From Mycolicibacterium smegmatis (lineage in GTDB: Bacteria; Actinomycetota; Actinomycetes; Mycobacteriales; Mycobacteriaceae): a stretch of 32,000 nt of DNA. Positions 1 through 11,057 of the stretch are shown in pieces. Position numbers and translations under genes: made by a program. Position 1 is the first letter of the stretch; each line of letters begins with the position of its first letter. The notes beneath the pieces were generated by a model. It was not told where the DNA came from. It did no database searches and worked only from the letters and a program-made list of their open reading frames with translations. Location: contig NZ_LN831039.1 in assembly GCF_001457595.1 (NCBI RefSeq), forward strand, positions 1,980,001-2,012,000, given 5' to 3'.

Positions 1-2
1 CG

Positions 3-110
3 GCGACCGGCACCGGCAGCGGCGCGGTGATCGCGCCCCCGGTGCGACAGCCCGAGCCCAACGGTCGTCGACGTGGCCATTTGCGGGTGTTGCCCGACCC
101 CACCGACTGA
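3..110 (+). CDS. 3' end of a CDS entering from the left window edge (partial, unknown product)
   Basis: Frame is open from position 3 to TGA at 108-110, with G/C at almost every third codon position. Only about 35 aa are visible and no domain is recognisable. Confidence 0.3.
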   Translation, partial: ATGTGSGAVIAPPVRQPEPNGRRRGHLRVLPDPTD

Positions 111-240
111 TCATGACGTGCCTCGTGCGGCGTCTGCGGAACTTGTGATGTCCGATGGCGTGCGAGGCCGGAGTAGTGAACGTGGAGATGTCGCCAGACG
201 GTTAGGCTGGCGCCAACGATCCCGTTTCACAAGGAGTTCT

Positions 241-1659
241 ATGTCTCGGCCAGCAGCGGCTGTTCACGGTGTCATCAAGGCCTATGACGTCCGCGGTCTG
301 GTCGGCTCCGAGTTGGACGAGTCGTTCGTCGCCGACGTGGGCGGCGCGTTTGCCCGGTTGGTCCGCGGCGAAGGCGCCCGGCAGGTCGTCATCGGCCACG
401 ACATGCGATCCAGCTCGCCGGCGCTGGCGGCGGCTTTCGCCGACGGCGTCACCACGCAGGGACTCGACGTCGTGCGGATCGGTCTCGCCTCGACCGATCA
501 GCTCTACTTCGCGTCCGGGTTGTTGGAGTGCCCGGGCGCGATGTTCACCGCGAGCCACAACCCCGCGGCCTACAACGGCATCAAGCTGTGCCGCGCGGGC
601 GCCAAACCGGTGGGCAAGGACACCGGGCTGGCCGCCATCTCCGAGGAGGTTATCGGCGGCGTACCGGCCCATGACGGCCCGCGGGGCGGCATCACCGACC
701 GCGACGTACTGGCCGACTACGGCGAGTTCCTGCGTTCCCTGGTCGATCTCAGCGGCTCACGGCCCCTGCGCATCGCCGTCGACGCAGGCAACGGCATGGC
801 CGGGCACACCACGCCCGCTGTGCTCGGGCCGATCCCCGGGGCCACGATCCTGCCGCTGTACTTCGAACTCGACGGCACGTTCCCCAACCACGAGGCCAAC
901 CCGCTCGACCCGGCCAACCTGGTGGACCTGCAGCGCTTCGTCGTGGAGTCCGGCGCCGACATCGGGCTCGCGTTCGACGGCGACGCCGACCGCTGTTTCG
1001 TCGTCGACGAACTCGGTCGCCCCGTCTCGCCGTCGGCCGTGACGGCTCTGGTCGCCGGTCGCGAACTCACCCGTGAAATCGGCGCGACGATCATCCACAA
1101 CCTCATCACCTCGCGCGCGGTGCCCGAGCTCGTGACCGAGCGGGGCGGCACCCCGGTGCGCGCGCGGGTCGGGCATTCCTACATCAAGGCGCTGATGGCC
1201 GAGACCAGCGCGATATTCGGCGGTGAGCACTCGGCCCACTACTACTTCCGCGACTTCTGGGGCGCCGACTCGGGAATGCTCGCGGCCCTGCATGTGCTCG
1301 CCGCGCTCGGCGAACAGGACCGCCCGCTTTCGGAGATCATGGCCGACTATCAGCGCTACGAGGCCTCGGGCGAGATCAACTTCACCGTCAGCGACGCATC
1401 GGCATGCGTGGACGCGGTGCTCACGTCGTACGGCACGGCCATCCACTCCATCGACCACCTCGACGGCGTCACGGTCGACCTCGGCGACGACTGCTGGTTC
1501 AACCTGCGCAGCTCGAACACCGAACCGCTGCTGCGCCTCAACGTCGAGGCGCGCACCACCGAGGAGGTCGACGCAGTGGTCGACAGAATCGCCGACGTCA
1601 TCCGCGCCACCAACGAACCCGGCAGCGTGAACGGGGCGGTGAACGAGGCGGCGACGTGA
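241..1659 (+). CDS. manB: Phosphomannomutase/phosphoglucomutase (alpha-D-phosphohexomutase family)
   Basis: The translation has the phosphoserine loop TASHNP, the metal loop DGDADR and the sugar loop GEHSAHYYF. I chose ATG at 241 (MSRPAAAVHGVIKAYDVRG) because AAGGAG lies 5 nt upstream. The 73-240 extension in the ORF track has no support. Position matches Rv3257c. Confidence 0.93.
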   Translation: MSRPAAAVHGVIKAYDVRGLVGSELDESFVADVGGAFARLVRGEGARQVVIGHDMRSSSPALAAAFADGVTTQGLDVVRIGLASTDQLYFASGLLECPGAMFTASHNPAAYNGIKLCRAGAKPVGKDTGLAAISEEVIGGVPAHDGPRGGITDRDVLADYGEFLRSLVDLSGSRPLRIAVDAGNGMAGHTTPAVLGPIPGATILPLYFELDGTFPNHEANPLDPANLVDLQRFVVESGADIGLAFDGDADRCFVVDELGRPVSPSAVTALVAGRELTREIGATIIHNLITSRAVPELVTERGGTPVRARVGHSYIKALMAETSAIFGGEHSAHYYFRDFWGADSGMLAALHVLAALGEQDRPLSEIMADYQRYEASGEINFTVSDASACVDAVLTSYGTAIHSIDHLDGVTVDLGDDCWFNLRSSNTEPLLRLNVEARTTEEVDAVVDRIADVIRATNEPGSVNGAVNEAAT

Positions 1660-2738
1660 ACGCACTGGGCGCCATGGTGGACCTCGACGACGGCGACGGG
1701 CTTCTCGCAGCCGACCGCGGCGGGCTGCTGAGGGCCGCGGCCATGGCGGGGGCCCAGGTGCGGGCCACCGCGGCCGCACTCGACGAAGGACTTTTCGACC
1801 CGCTGCGCGCGGATGATCCTGCGCGCACGGTCATCTGGGTCGCCGGCCGCGGCACGGCCGAGCACGCGGGTGCGGTGCTCGCAGCCACGCTCGGCCCGTC
1901 GGCGGCCGCACCCGTCGTGCTCGCCTCTGAGGCGCCGCCGTGGATCGGCGCGCTGGACGTGTTGATCGTGGCGGGCGACGATCCGGGCGATCCGGCGTTG
2001 GTGAACGCCGCGGCCATGGGTGTGCGTCGCGGCGCGCGCGTGGTGGTGGCCGCGCCGTACGAGGGCCCGCTGCGGGACGTCTCGGCGGGCCGCGCCGTGG
2101 TGATCGAACCGCGGTTGTGGGTTCCCGACGACTTCGCATTCGTCCGCTACCTGGCCGTCGGCCTGGCGGCACTGCACACGGTCAACCGTGACCGCAGCCG
2201 CGACCGGCACGCCGATTTGACCGCTCTGGCTGACGAATTGGACGCCGAGGCCCTGCGCAACAGCGCCGCGCGCGATCTGTTCACCAACGCGGCCAAGACC
2301 TTGGTGGAGCGCATGTCGGGCGCCGACGTGGTGCTGGCGGGCGACACCGCCGCGACGCTGGCGCTGGCGCGTCACGGCGCCACGATGATGCTGCGCATCG
2401 CCGGGGAGGTCGTGTCGGCGGTCGGACTTGCCGATGTTCTGGCCGCGCTGCGCAGCGGTGCGCGCGGTGACGCCGGTACGCGGTCGCTGTTCCACGACGA
2501 GGAGATCGACGGGCCGCTGCCCGACCGCATGCGGACGTTGGTGCTGACCACCGATGTCGAGCGGGCGGCCGTGGCCGCGCGTATCGCCGGTTACGACGAC
2601 ATCTCGGCGATCGGCGCCGACGACGTACCGGATTCCACCGAAACCACCCTGCCGGCGGGACGTCCGGAACAACAAGTGGCGATACTGGCTGTGCGACTGG
2701 AGATGGCCGCCGTCTATTCGAAATTGGTTCGAGGTTAA
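1656..2738 (+). CDS. Conserved hypothetical protein of the manB-manA cluster (Rv3256c-like, possibly SIS-fold)
   Basis: GTG at 1656 overlaps the manB stop as GTGA; ATG at 1674 is an alternative start. High GC3, co-oriented between manB and manA as in M. tuberculosis. The fold assignment is from memory only. Confidence 0.7.
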   Translation: MNALGAMVDLDDGDGLLAADRGGLLRAAAMAGAQVRATAAALDEGLFDPLRADDPARTVIWVAGRGTAEHAGAVLAATLGPSAAAPVVLASEAPPWIGALDVLIVAGDDPGDPALVNAAAMGVRRGARVVVAAPYEGPLRDVSAGRAVVIEPRLWVPDDFAFVRYLAVGLAALHTVNRDRSRDRHADLTALADELDAEALRNSAARDLFTNAAKTLVERMSGADVVLAGDTAATLALARHGATMMLRIAGEVVSAVGLADVLAALRSGARGDAGTRSLFHDEEIDGPLPDRMRTLVLTTDVERAAVAARIAGYDDISAIGADDVPDSTETTLPAGRPEQQVAILAVRLEMAAVYSKLVRG

Positions 2739-2742
2739 ACGA

Positions 2743-3969
2743 GTGCATCTGCTACGGGGAGCGGTGCGGACCTATGCCTGGGGTTCGCGTACCGCCATTG
2801 CCGACTTCACGGGCAGGCCAAGTCCGACAGTGCATCCCGAGGCCGAGTTGTGGTTCGGCGCGCATCCCGCCGACCCGGCGTGGTTGCAGACCGACGACGG
2901 TGAACGGTCGCTGCTGCAGGCCCTGGCCGACGATCCCGAGGGGCAGTTGGGCAGTACCGCGGTCGCCCGTTTCGGCGATGCGCTCCCGTTCCTCGTCAAG
3001 GTGCTCGCCGCGGACGAACCGCTGTCGCTGCAGGCGCACCCCAGTGCCGCGCAGGCGCAGGAGGGTTTCGAGCGCGAGGATCGCCTCCAGATCCCCATCT
3101 CGTCGCCCGTCCGCAACTACCGGGACCGCAGTCACAAGCCTGAATTGCTTGTGGCACTTGAGGAATTCCACGCGCTGGCCGGGTTCCGGCCGGTCGCGCG
3201 CACCGTCGAGTTGATGAGGACGCTGGCCGTCACCGACCTCGACCCGTACATCAACCTGCTGTCCGATCAGTCCGATGCCGACGGTCTGCGCGCGCTGTTC
3301 ACCACCTGGATCACCGCGCCGCAACCCGACCTCGATGTGCTGGTGCCCGCGGTGCTCGACGGCGCGATCAACTACATCCGTTCGGGGGAGAAGGCTTTCG
3401 CCGCCGAGGCCAAGACGGTGCTGGAACTCGGCGAGCGGTACCCGGGCGATGCCGGTGTGCTAGCCTCGTTGCTGCTCAACCGGATCGTCCTGCAACCGGG
3501 GGAGGGGCTGTACCTGCCCGCCGGGAACCTGCACGCCTATCTGCACGGGGTGGGCGTCGAGGTCATGGCGAACTCCGACAACGTGCTGCGCGGCGGGTTG
3601 ACCCCCAAACACGTCGACGTCCCCGAACTGCTGCGGGTGCTGGATTTCACACCGACGCCGGAGGACCGTCTGCGGCCCGTGATCGTCCACGACGCAAAGG
3701 AACTCGTGTACCAGACGCCCGCCCCGGAGTTCGCGGTGTCGGTGCTGCGTCTCGACGGCGAGCAGCTCGGACACGAGATCGACGCACAGTCACGTCACGA
3801 CGGACCCCAGTTGCTGTTGTGCACGGAGGGTTCGCTGAAGGTGCACGCCAAGGCCGGGCAACTCGAGCTGAGCCGGGGCGAGGCCGCGTGGGTGGCCGCC
3901 GACGACGGTCCGATCCGGTTGACTGCCGAACTGCCCGCCGCGATGTTCCGGGTGACCGTCGGGATCTGA
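2743..3969 (+). CDS. manA: Mannose-6-phosphate isomerase, class I
   Basis: N-terminus VHLLRGAVRTYAWGS, then LPFLVKVLAADEPLSLQAHP and NSDNVLRGGLTPKHVDV are typical PMI type I motifs. Starting at GTG 2743 gives 408 aa, the size I recall for Rv3255c. Confidence 0.92.
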   Translation: MHLLRGAVRTYAWGSRTAIADFTGRPSPTVHPEAELWFGAHPADPAWLQTDDGERSLLQALADDPEGQLGSTAVARFGDALPFLVKVLAADEPLSLQAHPSAAQAQEGFEREDRLQIPISSPVRNYRDRSHKPELLVALEEFHALAGFRPVARTVELMRTLAVTDLDPYINLLSDQSDADGLRALFTTWITAPQPDLDVLVPAVLDGAINYIRSGEKAFAAEAKTVLELGERYPGDAGVLASLLLNRIVLQPGEGLYLPAGNLHAYLHGVGVEVMANSDNVLRGGLTPKHVDVPELLRVLDFTPTPEDRLRPVIVHDAKELVYQTPAPEFAVSVLRLDGEQLGHEIDAQSRHDGPQLLLCTEGSLKVHAKAGQLELSRGEAAWVAADDGPIRLTAELPAAMFRVTVGI

Positions 3970-4001
3970 CGGCGCTGCACCGCCACCGCACGGCCACCGC
4001 G

Positions 4002-5387
4002 TCACCCGGTGGCGGCCAGGCTCTTGTCGCGGTCCGCGCGGTTGGTCTTCTCGGCCAGCCACATCGAGGCGTTGTGCCGGATCGCACGCCCGATCACCCG
4101 CGGCGACGGGGCGAGGTAGAGGCTGTCGAGCAGGCTGGTGCGTCGCAGGAACCATTCCGCCAGAACGGGATCCGTCTCGGCAGCGCCGAGGAACTGGTCG
4201 AACAGGCTGTACATCGGCCGGTACCACCACGGTTTGGGACCCTCCGCGCCGTGCGCGACATGGTCGGCGACGGCGTTCATCATCCACACCGGGAACGTCG
4301 TGCGCGCGGTGCGGTACGCCAGGCGCGAGACCAGGTCCTGTTTGCCGACCGACAACACGGTGCGCAGGTTGGCGGCCTGCAGGGCGGTCATCGTCACGCC
4401 CTGGCCGTAGGTGGGGTTGAGGCTCGCGACCGCGTCGCCGAACGGCATGATGCCCGCGGGCCACCGGCGCATCTTGTCGTAGCGGCGCCACTTGGCCACC
4501 GGGTACCGGTGAAAATTCATCCCGCCCACGGGTTCTCCGGCCCGCAGGGCTGCGCTGATGTGCGGTGGGACCATGGTGTCGGCCTGCGCGAGGATGCCGT
4601 CGAGGTCCTTCGGCGGTTCGGCCTTGGCGACCCCGAACGCCGTGACGGTCCAGATGCCGTCCTCGTGGAACAGCATGCCCATGCCCAGGCCGTCGTCGTG
4701 AGAGGCGCTGACCAGCACCATCTTCTCGGCCATCAGCCCCTCGGGGATACGCACGCGGTGCGATGCGTAGGTCACCCCGATCTTGACCGAATCCTCCCTG
4801 GGGCGCTCGAATCCCCATTCCTCCAACCACACCGGAAGCCGGCTGCCACGTCCGGAGGCGTCGACCACCAGGTCGCCCTCGACGGTCTCACCGTTGTCGA
4901 GCACCACGCCGGTGACCCGCTGGGCGGCCGCGTCGAACTCGGGATGCGCGACCCCGCCGCGCAGCACCGACACCGTGGGCAACGCGAGCACACGCTCGCG
5001 GATCTGCCACTCGAGCCTGCCGCGCGTGGGGACGTATGCGGTGAAATTGGATTCGAGGGTCTGACCGGTGCCGAGGAGGTGACCGCCCGCGGTGAAGTGG
5101 ATGGACTCCGGCTGGTTCTGCACCACGGGCACCCCGGCGCGGGCCATGTCGTCGAGCATGCCGGGGAAGATGGCCTCAAGTTCCTGTGCGCCTCTGGCCA
5201 TGAGCAGATGCACGTGCTGTCCCTGCGGTACCGCACTGCGGTTCACCGGTTCGGTGGGCAGCTCATCGCGCTCGTAGACCGTCACACGGTCGAAGTGGTC
5301 GGACAGCACCCGGGCCGCGCACAGACCCGCGACACTGCCGCCGATCACGATCGCATGGGTGGAGGAATGTTCCAGAGTCGTACTCAT
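4002..5387 (-). CDS. FAD-dependent oxidoreductase/monooxygenase (Rv3254-like)
   Basis: N-terminal dinucleotide-binding fold HAIVIGGSVAGLCAARVLS...VTVYERD. ATG at 5387 gives 461 aa. ATG at 5411 is an alternative and has a GAGG just upstream. Confidence 0.85.
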   Translation of the reverse strand: MSTTLEHSSTHAIVIGGSVAGLCAARVLSDHFDRVTVYERDELPTEPVNRSAVPQGQHVHLLMARGAQELEAIFPGMLDDMARAGVPVVQNQPESIHFTAGGHLLGTGQTLESNFTAYVPTRGRLEWQIRERVLALPTVSVLRGGVAHPEFDAAAQRVTGVVLDNGETVEGDLVVDASGRGSRLPVWLEEWGFERPREDSVKIGVTYASHRVRIPEGLMAEKMVLVSASHDDGLGMGMLFHEDGIWTVTAFGVAKAEPPKDLDGILAQADTMVPPHISAALRAGEPVGGMNFHRYPVAKWRRYDKMRRWPAGIMPFGDAVASLNPTYGQGVTMTALQAANLRTVLSVGKQDLVSRLAYRTARTTFPVWMMNAVADHVAHGAEGPKPWWYRPMYSLFDQFLGAAETDPVLAEWFLRRTSLLDSLYLAPSPRVIGRAIRHNASMWLAEKTNRADRDKSLAATG

Positions 5388-5449
5388 CGACTGCCACGGT
5401 AATGGGAACATGACCTCAGCCGGGTCGAAAACGAGAGGCAACGAGGACT

Positions 5450-6934
5450 ATGACTACACGATGGCGTACCAAATCCGTTGAGCAGTCGATAGCTGACACC
5501 GATGAGCCGAGCACCCGGTTGCGCAAGGATCTCACGTGGTGGGATCTCACCGTCTTCGGCGTCTCGGTGGTGATCGGCGCGGGCATCTTCACCATCACCG
5601 CTTCTACCGCAGGCAATCTCACCGGCCCGGCGATCTCGATCTCGTTTCTGATCGCGGCCGTGGCATGCGGGCTCGCAGCGTTGTGCTACGCCGAGTTCGC
5701 CTCGACCGTGCCGGTTGCCGGGAGCGCCTACACGTTCTCCTACGCAACTTTCGGCGAATTCGTCGCGTGGATCATCGGCTGGGACCTGATCCTGGAGTTC
5801 GCGGTCGCCGCCGCGGTGGTGGCCAAGGGGTGGTCGAGTTATCTGGGCACGGTGTTCAACTTCGGCGGCGGCACCATGCAGATCGGCGGTGGGCTGACGC
5901 TGGACTGGGGTGCACTGCTGATCATCGCGGTGGTCACGTTCCTGCTGGCGCGCGGCACCAAGATCTCGGCGATGGTCAGCCTGGTCATCACGGTCATCAA
6001 GGTGTCGGTGGTACTGCTGGTGGTGTTCGTCGGCGCGTTCTACATCAACACGGCCAACTACACGCCGTTCATCCCGCCCGCCGAATCGGGCGACGGCAGC
6101 GGCGGCGGCACCGGGGCCGAGCAATCGCTGTTCTCGTTGCTCACCGGCGCCGAGGGCAGCCACTACGGCTGGTACGGATTGCTGGCCGGTGCGTCGATCG
6201 TGTTCTTCGCGTTCATCGGTTTCGACATCGTGGCCACCACGGCCGAGGAGACGCGCAACCCGCAACGCGACGTGCCGCGCGGCATCCTGGGCTCGCTGGC
6301 CATCGTGACCGTGCTCTACGTCGCGGTCTCGGTGGTGTTGTCCGGCATGGTGTCCTACCGCGATCTCAAGACCGTCGACGGCGAATCGGCCAACCTGGCG
6401 ACGGCATTCGCGCAGAACGGCGTGGACTGGGCCGCCAAGGTCATCTCGATCGGCGCGCTCGCGGGGCTCACCACCGTGGTGATCGTGTTGATGCTCGGGC
6501 AGACCCGCGTCCTGTTCGCGATGTCGCGCGACGGACTCATGCCGCGCCAACTGGCCAAGACCGGTCCGCACGGTACCCCGGTGCGGACCACTCTGATCGT
6601 GGGTGGCGCCGTAGCGGTGGCCGCGTCGGTGTTCCCGATCGGCAAGCTCGAGGAGATGGTGAACATCGGCACGCTGTTCGCCTTCGTGCTGGTCTCGGCC
6701 GGCGTCCTCGTCTTGCGTCGGACTCGTCCGGACCTGCCGCGCGGGTTCCGGACGCCGTTGGTGCCGGTGCTGCCGGTCGCGGCGATCCTGGCGTGCGTGT
6801 GGCTCATGCTCAACCTCACGGGCCTCACCTGGATCCGGTTCCTGATCTGGATGGCGATCGGCGTCGTCATCTACTTCCTGTACGGGCGCAGGCGCTCGGT
6901 CCTGGCCACCCGCGACACCACACCCACCGCCTGA
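5450..6934 (+). CDS. APC-superfamily cationic amino-acid permease (Rv3253c-like)
   Basis: 494 aa with about 12-14 hydrophobic segments. N-terminal LRKDLTWWDLTVFGVSVVIGAGIF is typical of CAT/APC transporters. Divergent from the FAD oxidoreductase gene. Confidence 0.9.
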   Translation: MTTRWRTKSVEQSIADTDEPSTRLRKDLTWWDLTVFGVSVVIGAGIFTITASTAGNLTGPAISISFLIAAVACGLAALCYAEFASTVPVAGSAYTFSYATFGEFVAWIIGWDLILEFAVAAAVVAKGWSSYLGTVFNFGGGTMQIGGGLTLDWGALLIIAVVTFLLARGTKISAMVSLVITVIKVSVVLLVVFVGAFYINTANYTPFIPPAESGDGSGGGTGAEQSLFSLLTGAEGSHYGWYGLLAGASIVFFAFIGFDIVATTAEETRNPQRDVPRGILGSLAIVTVLYVAVSVVLSGMVSYRDLKTVDGESANLATAFAQNGVDWAAKVISIGALAGLTTVVIVLMLGQTRVLFAMSRDGLMPRQLAKTGPHGTPVRTTLIVGGAVAVAASVFPIGKLEEMVNIGTLFAFVLVSAGVLVLRRTRPDLPRGFRTPLVPVLPVAAILACVWLMLNLTGLTWIRFLIWMAIGVVIYFLYGRRRSVLATRDTTPTA

Positions 6935-7020
6935 TCTTTCGCGAACCCCCTTTTTCGACGTCACGCCCCTTCGGTGATCGCGCATACCTGCATCGCGTTT
7001 ACAAACAAGGTGCAAATGTC

Positions 7021-7049
7021 TAGACACGCGACAAACTCGCGCATATAGT
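7021..7049 (+). promoter_or_regulatory. Predicted sigma-A type promoter of alkB with an imperfect palindrome in the spacer
   Basis: TAGACA (7021-7026), a 17-nt spacer, then TATAGT (7044-7049). The spacer CGCGACAAACTCGCGCA contains CGCGAC-AAA-CTCGCG, with 5 of 6 positions palindromic. RBS GAAGGAGG lies at 7076-7083 ahead of GTG 7091. Confidence 0.45.
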
Positions 7050-7090
7050 CAAGTCATTGCGGTGATAGCACTCACAGAAGGAGGCATGTC

Positions 7091-8323
7091 GTGGTGGCAG
7101 AAGTGGACCCGTCCGCCGTGGCCGACGTCGGAGAATGGCGCGACAAGAAGCGCTACCTGTGGCTGATGGGGCTGATCGCCCCGACCGCGCTGTTCGTGAT
7201 GCTGCCGGTCGTGTGGGCGCTCAACAACGCCGGCTGGCACGCCGCGGCGCAGGTCCCGTTCTGGATCGGCCCGATCCTGCTGTACGTGCTGCTGCCGTTG
7301 CTCGACCTCAAGTTCGGCCCGGACGGACAGAACCCGCCGGACGAGGTCATGGAGCGGTTGGAGAACGACAGGTACTACCGGTACTGCACCTACGCCTACA
7401 TCCCGTTCCAGTACGCCAGCGTGATCGTCGGGGCGTACCTGTTCACCGCGAGCGACCTGGGCTGGCTGGGCTTCGACGGCGGTCTGGGCTGGCCCGCCAA
7501 GATCGGCCTGGCGCTGTCGGTCGGCGTGCTCGGCGGGGTCGGCATCAACACCGCCCACGAACTCGGACACAAGAAGGACTCGCTCGAACGCTGGCTGTCC
7601 AAGATCACCTTGGCGCAGACCTGGTACGGGCACTTCTACATCGAGCACAACCGCGGCCACCACGTGCGTGTCGCCACGCCTGAGGATCCCGCATCCGCGC
7701 GCTTCGGCGAGACGTTCTGGGAGTTCCTGCCGCGCAGCGTGTGGGGGAGCCTGCGGTCGTCGTGGGAACTGGAGGCCAAGCGCCTGGAACGGGCGGGCAA
7801 GAGCAAGTGGCACTGGTCCAACGACGTCCTCAACGCGTGGGCGATGTCGGTGGTGTTCTACGGCGTGCTGATCGCGGTGTTCGGGTGGGGGCTGATCCCG
7901 TACATCGTCATCTCCGCGGTGTTCGGCTTCACGCTGCTGGAGACCGTGAACTACCTGGAGCACTACGGCCTGCTGCGGCAGAAGACGCCCAGTGGGCGCT
8001 ACGAGCGGTGCTCGCCCCAGCACAGCTGGAACTCCGACCACATCGTCACCAACCTGTTCCTGTACCACCTGCAGCGGCACAGTGACCACCACGCCAACCC
8101 GACGCGTCGCTACCAGACGCTGCGCAGCATGGACGGCGCCCCGAACCTGCCCAGCGGTTACGCGTCGATGATCGCGCTGACGTACTTCCCGCCGCTGTGG
8201 CGCAAGGTCATGGACCACCGGGTGCTCGACCACTACGACGGTGACATCACCCGCGTCAACATCCACCCGCGCGTGCGCGAGAACGTGCTGGCCCGGTACG
8301 GCAGCCCCGAGGTTCGCGCATGA
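7091..8323 (+). CDS. alkB: Alkane 1-monooxygenase (integral-membrane di-iron hydroxylase)
   Basis: Histidine boxes HELGHK, EHNRGHH and LQRHSDHH, plus [11 protein letters not shown] 7091 lies 7 nt after GAAGGAGG. The stop overlaps the rubA start as ATGA. Confidence 0.95.
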   Translation: MVAEVDPSAVADVGEWRDKKRYLWLMGLIAPTALFVMLPVVWALNNAGWHAAAQVPFWIGPILLYVLLPLLDLKFGPDGQNPPDEVMERLENDRYYRYCTYAYIPFQYASVIVGAYLFTASDLGWLGFDGGLGWPAKIGLALSVGVLGGVGINTAHELGHKKDSLERWLSKITLAQTWYGHFYIEHNRGHHVRVATPEDPASARFGETFWEFLPRSVWGSLRSSWELEAKRLERAGKSKWHWSNDVLNAWAMSVVFYGVLIAVFGWGLIPYIVISAVFGFTLLETVNYLEHYGLLRQKTPSGRYERCSPQHSWNSDHIVTNLFLYHLQRHSDHHANPTRRYQTLRSMDGAPNLPSGYASMIALTYFPPLWRKVMDHRVLDHYDGDITRVNIHPRVRENVLARYGSPEVRA

Positions 8324-8493
8324 GCAGCTACCGCTGCCCCGTTTGCGACTACATCTACGACGAGGCGAAAGGTGCTGCGCGGGAAGGTTTTCCGCCCGGC
8401 ACGGCGTGGGACGACGTTCCCGACGACTGGTGCTGCCCCGACTGCGGGGTCCGCGAGAAGATCGACTTCGAAGAAATGGGAGTGAAGCAGTGA
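8320..8493 (+). CDS. rubA: Rubredoxin
   Basis: Not in the ORF track because it is only 57 aa. My translation is [57 protein letters not shown], with the two CxxC iron ligand pairs. ATGA overlap with alkB. Confidence 0.92.
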   Translation: MSSYRCPVCDYIYDEAKGAAREGFPPGTAWDDVPDDWCCPDCGVREKIDFEEMGVKQ

Positions 8494-8672
8494 GCGACTA
8501 CCGGTTGTTCGTGTGCGTGCAGTGCGGTTTCGAGTACGACGAGGCCAAGGGCTGGCCCGAGGACGGCATCGCGCCGGGAACCCGCTGGGAGGACATTCCG
8601 GAGGACTGGAGTTGCCCGGACTGCGGTGCGGCGAAGTCGGACTTCGACATGGTCGAGGTGTCCCGGCCGTGA
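8490..8672 (+). CDS. rubB: Rubredoxin
   Basis: GTG 8490 overlaps the rubA stop as [61 protein letters not shown] has two CxxC pairs. The longer ORF 8241-8672 in the track is an unsupported upstream extension inside alkB. Confidence 0.9.
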   Translation: MSDYRLFVCVQCGFEYDEAKGWPEDGIAPGTRWEDIPEDWSCPDCGAAKSDFDMVEVSRP

Positions 8673-8719
8673 CGGTGCTGTGATCCACGCCGTGACGGTG
8701 CTGTGATCCACGCCGTGAC
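8667..8719 (+). repeat. Perfect 23-bp tandem duplication (2 full copies plus 7 bp of a third)
   Basis: CCGTGACGGTGCTGTGATCCACG occurs at 8667-8689 and again at 8690-8712, followed by CCGTGAC at 8713-8719. The first copy contains the rubB stop codon (8670-8672). Confidence 0.95.
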
Positions 8720-8804
8720 CCATGCGGTGGCCGGGGCGCAGTTCGGCGCCCCGGCGCGCGTGGTGCGAGGGCCCCTGACCGCGGAAAGCGATATTGTCGC
8801 GCGT

Positions 8805-9428
8805 GTGAGTCGTCCCCGCGCCAAGCAGCGCATGCCGTACGCAGAGGCGTCGCGCGTGCTGCTGCGCGATTCGATCCTGGACGGCATGCGCGATCTGCTG
8901 CTCACCCGGGACTGGTCGGCGATCACGCTGTCGCACGTGGCGCAGGCCGCGGGGGTCAGCAGGCAGACGATCTACAACGAGTTCGGCTCGCGGCAGGGCC
9001 TGGCCGAGGGCTACGCCATGCGTCTGGCCGACCGCCTGGTCGACGCGGTCGACGACGCGATCAACAACAACGTCGGCGACGTGTACGCGGCCTTCCTGGA
9101 AGGCTTTCGTGCGTTCTTCGCCGAGTCGGCGGCCGACCCGCTGGTGATCTCACTGCTCACCGGCGCGGCGAAGCCCGACCTGCTGCAGATCATCACCATC
9201 GGCAGCGGACCGATCATCACGCGGTGTTCGGAACGGCTGACCGCGACGTTCCAGAGCAGCTGGATCAAGGCCAGCGACGACGACGCGGGTGTGCTGGCCC
9301 GCGCGATCGTGCGCCTGGCGATGAGCTACGTCTCCATGCCGCCCGAAGCAGACCACGACGTGGCCGGTGACCTGGCCCGACTTATGTCTCCGTTCGCCGA
9401 ACGATACGGTGTTATCGACACCCCATAG
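8805..9428 (+). CDS. TetR-family transcriptional regulator of the alkB-rub cluster (Rv3249c-like)
   Basis: TetR HTH: [27 protein letters not shown]. The start is uncertain. GTG 8805 gives 207 aa, and ATG 8832, GTG 8715 and GTG 8703 are all in frame. The stop at 9426-9428 is firm. Confidence 0.85.
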
Positions 9429-9505
9429 CTGTCAGAGCGCCACACGCCGTCCGAATGCCGTAGCGCCTGTCCCGCGAGCCCGCAGGCTTTGGGTTGTCGG
9501 CATGA

Positions 9506-9533
9506 GTGTGCACGCGGCCCCCCCGCGGCACAC
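9506..9533 (+). other. GC-rich hairpin in the tetR-sahH intergenic region
   Basis: GTGTGC(A)CGCGG - CCCCC - CCGCGGCACAC forms 11 bp with one bulged A. There is no U-tract. It lies 47 nt upstream of the sahH ATG. Confidence 0.4.
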
Positions 9534-9579
9534 ATTCATGCGTTCACAGGCAATGACGAACGAAAAAAGGGGCTCTTAC

Positions 9580-11037
<1,458 letters not shown>

Positions 11038-11057
11038 TCTCCCGGTAGCCCGGACAC

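Noticed and set aside
73-240. Upstream extensions of real genes in the ORF track: manB from 73, manA from 2554, sahH from 9367, the NrfD-like gene from 13439, the Fe-S subunit from 14641, nhaA from 23920 and the AAA+ gene from 23823
   Set aside because: In each case homology begins at a later start that has an SD sequence or an ATGA/GTGA coupling overlap. The extensions overlap neighbouring genes or have non-coding-like composition.
757-2675. Long minus-strand ORFs (757-1779, 1356-2675) opposite manB and the Rv3256c-like gene
   Set aside because: These are antisense shadow ORFs typical of about 70% GC DNA. Their translations are Arg/Gly/Pro/Ala-rich with no motifs, while the plus-strand genes have clear family signatures.
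5384-8266. Minus-strand ORFs 5384-7027 (547 aa) and 7049-8266 (405 aa), and plus-strand 5536-7023
   Set aside because: They overlap the permease and alkB genes, which are well supported. Their composition is extremely Arg/His/Asp/Gly-rich and low in complexity, and no domains are present.
8667-8719. CRISPR array (also considered for 29453-29490)
   Set aside because: The repeats are directly tandem with no spacers. The units (23 bp and 8 bp) and copy numbers do not fit CRISPR architecture, and no cas genes are present.
9429-9579. Possible SAH riboswitch upstream of sahH
   Set aside because: I see only simple hairpins and could not recognise the pseudoknotted conserved core of the SAH element. 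It cannot be asserted without a covariance-model search.
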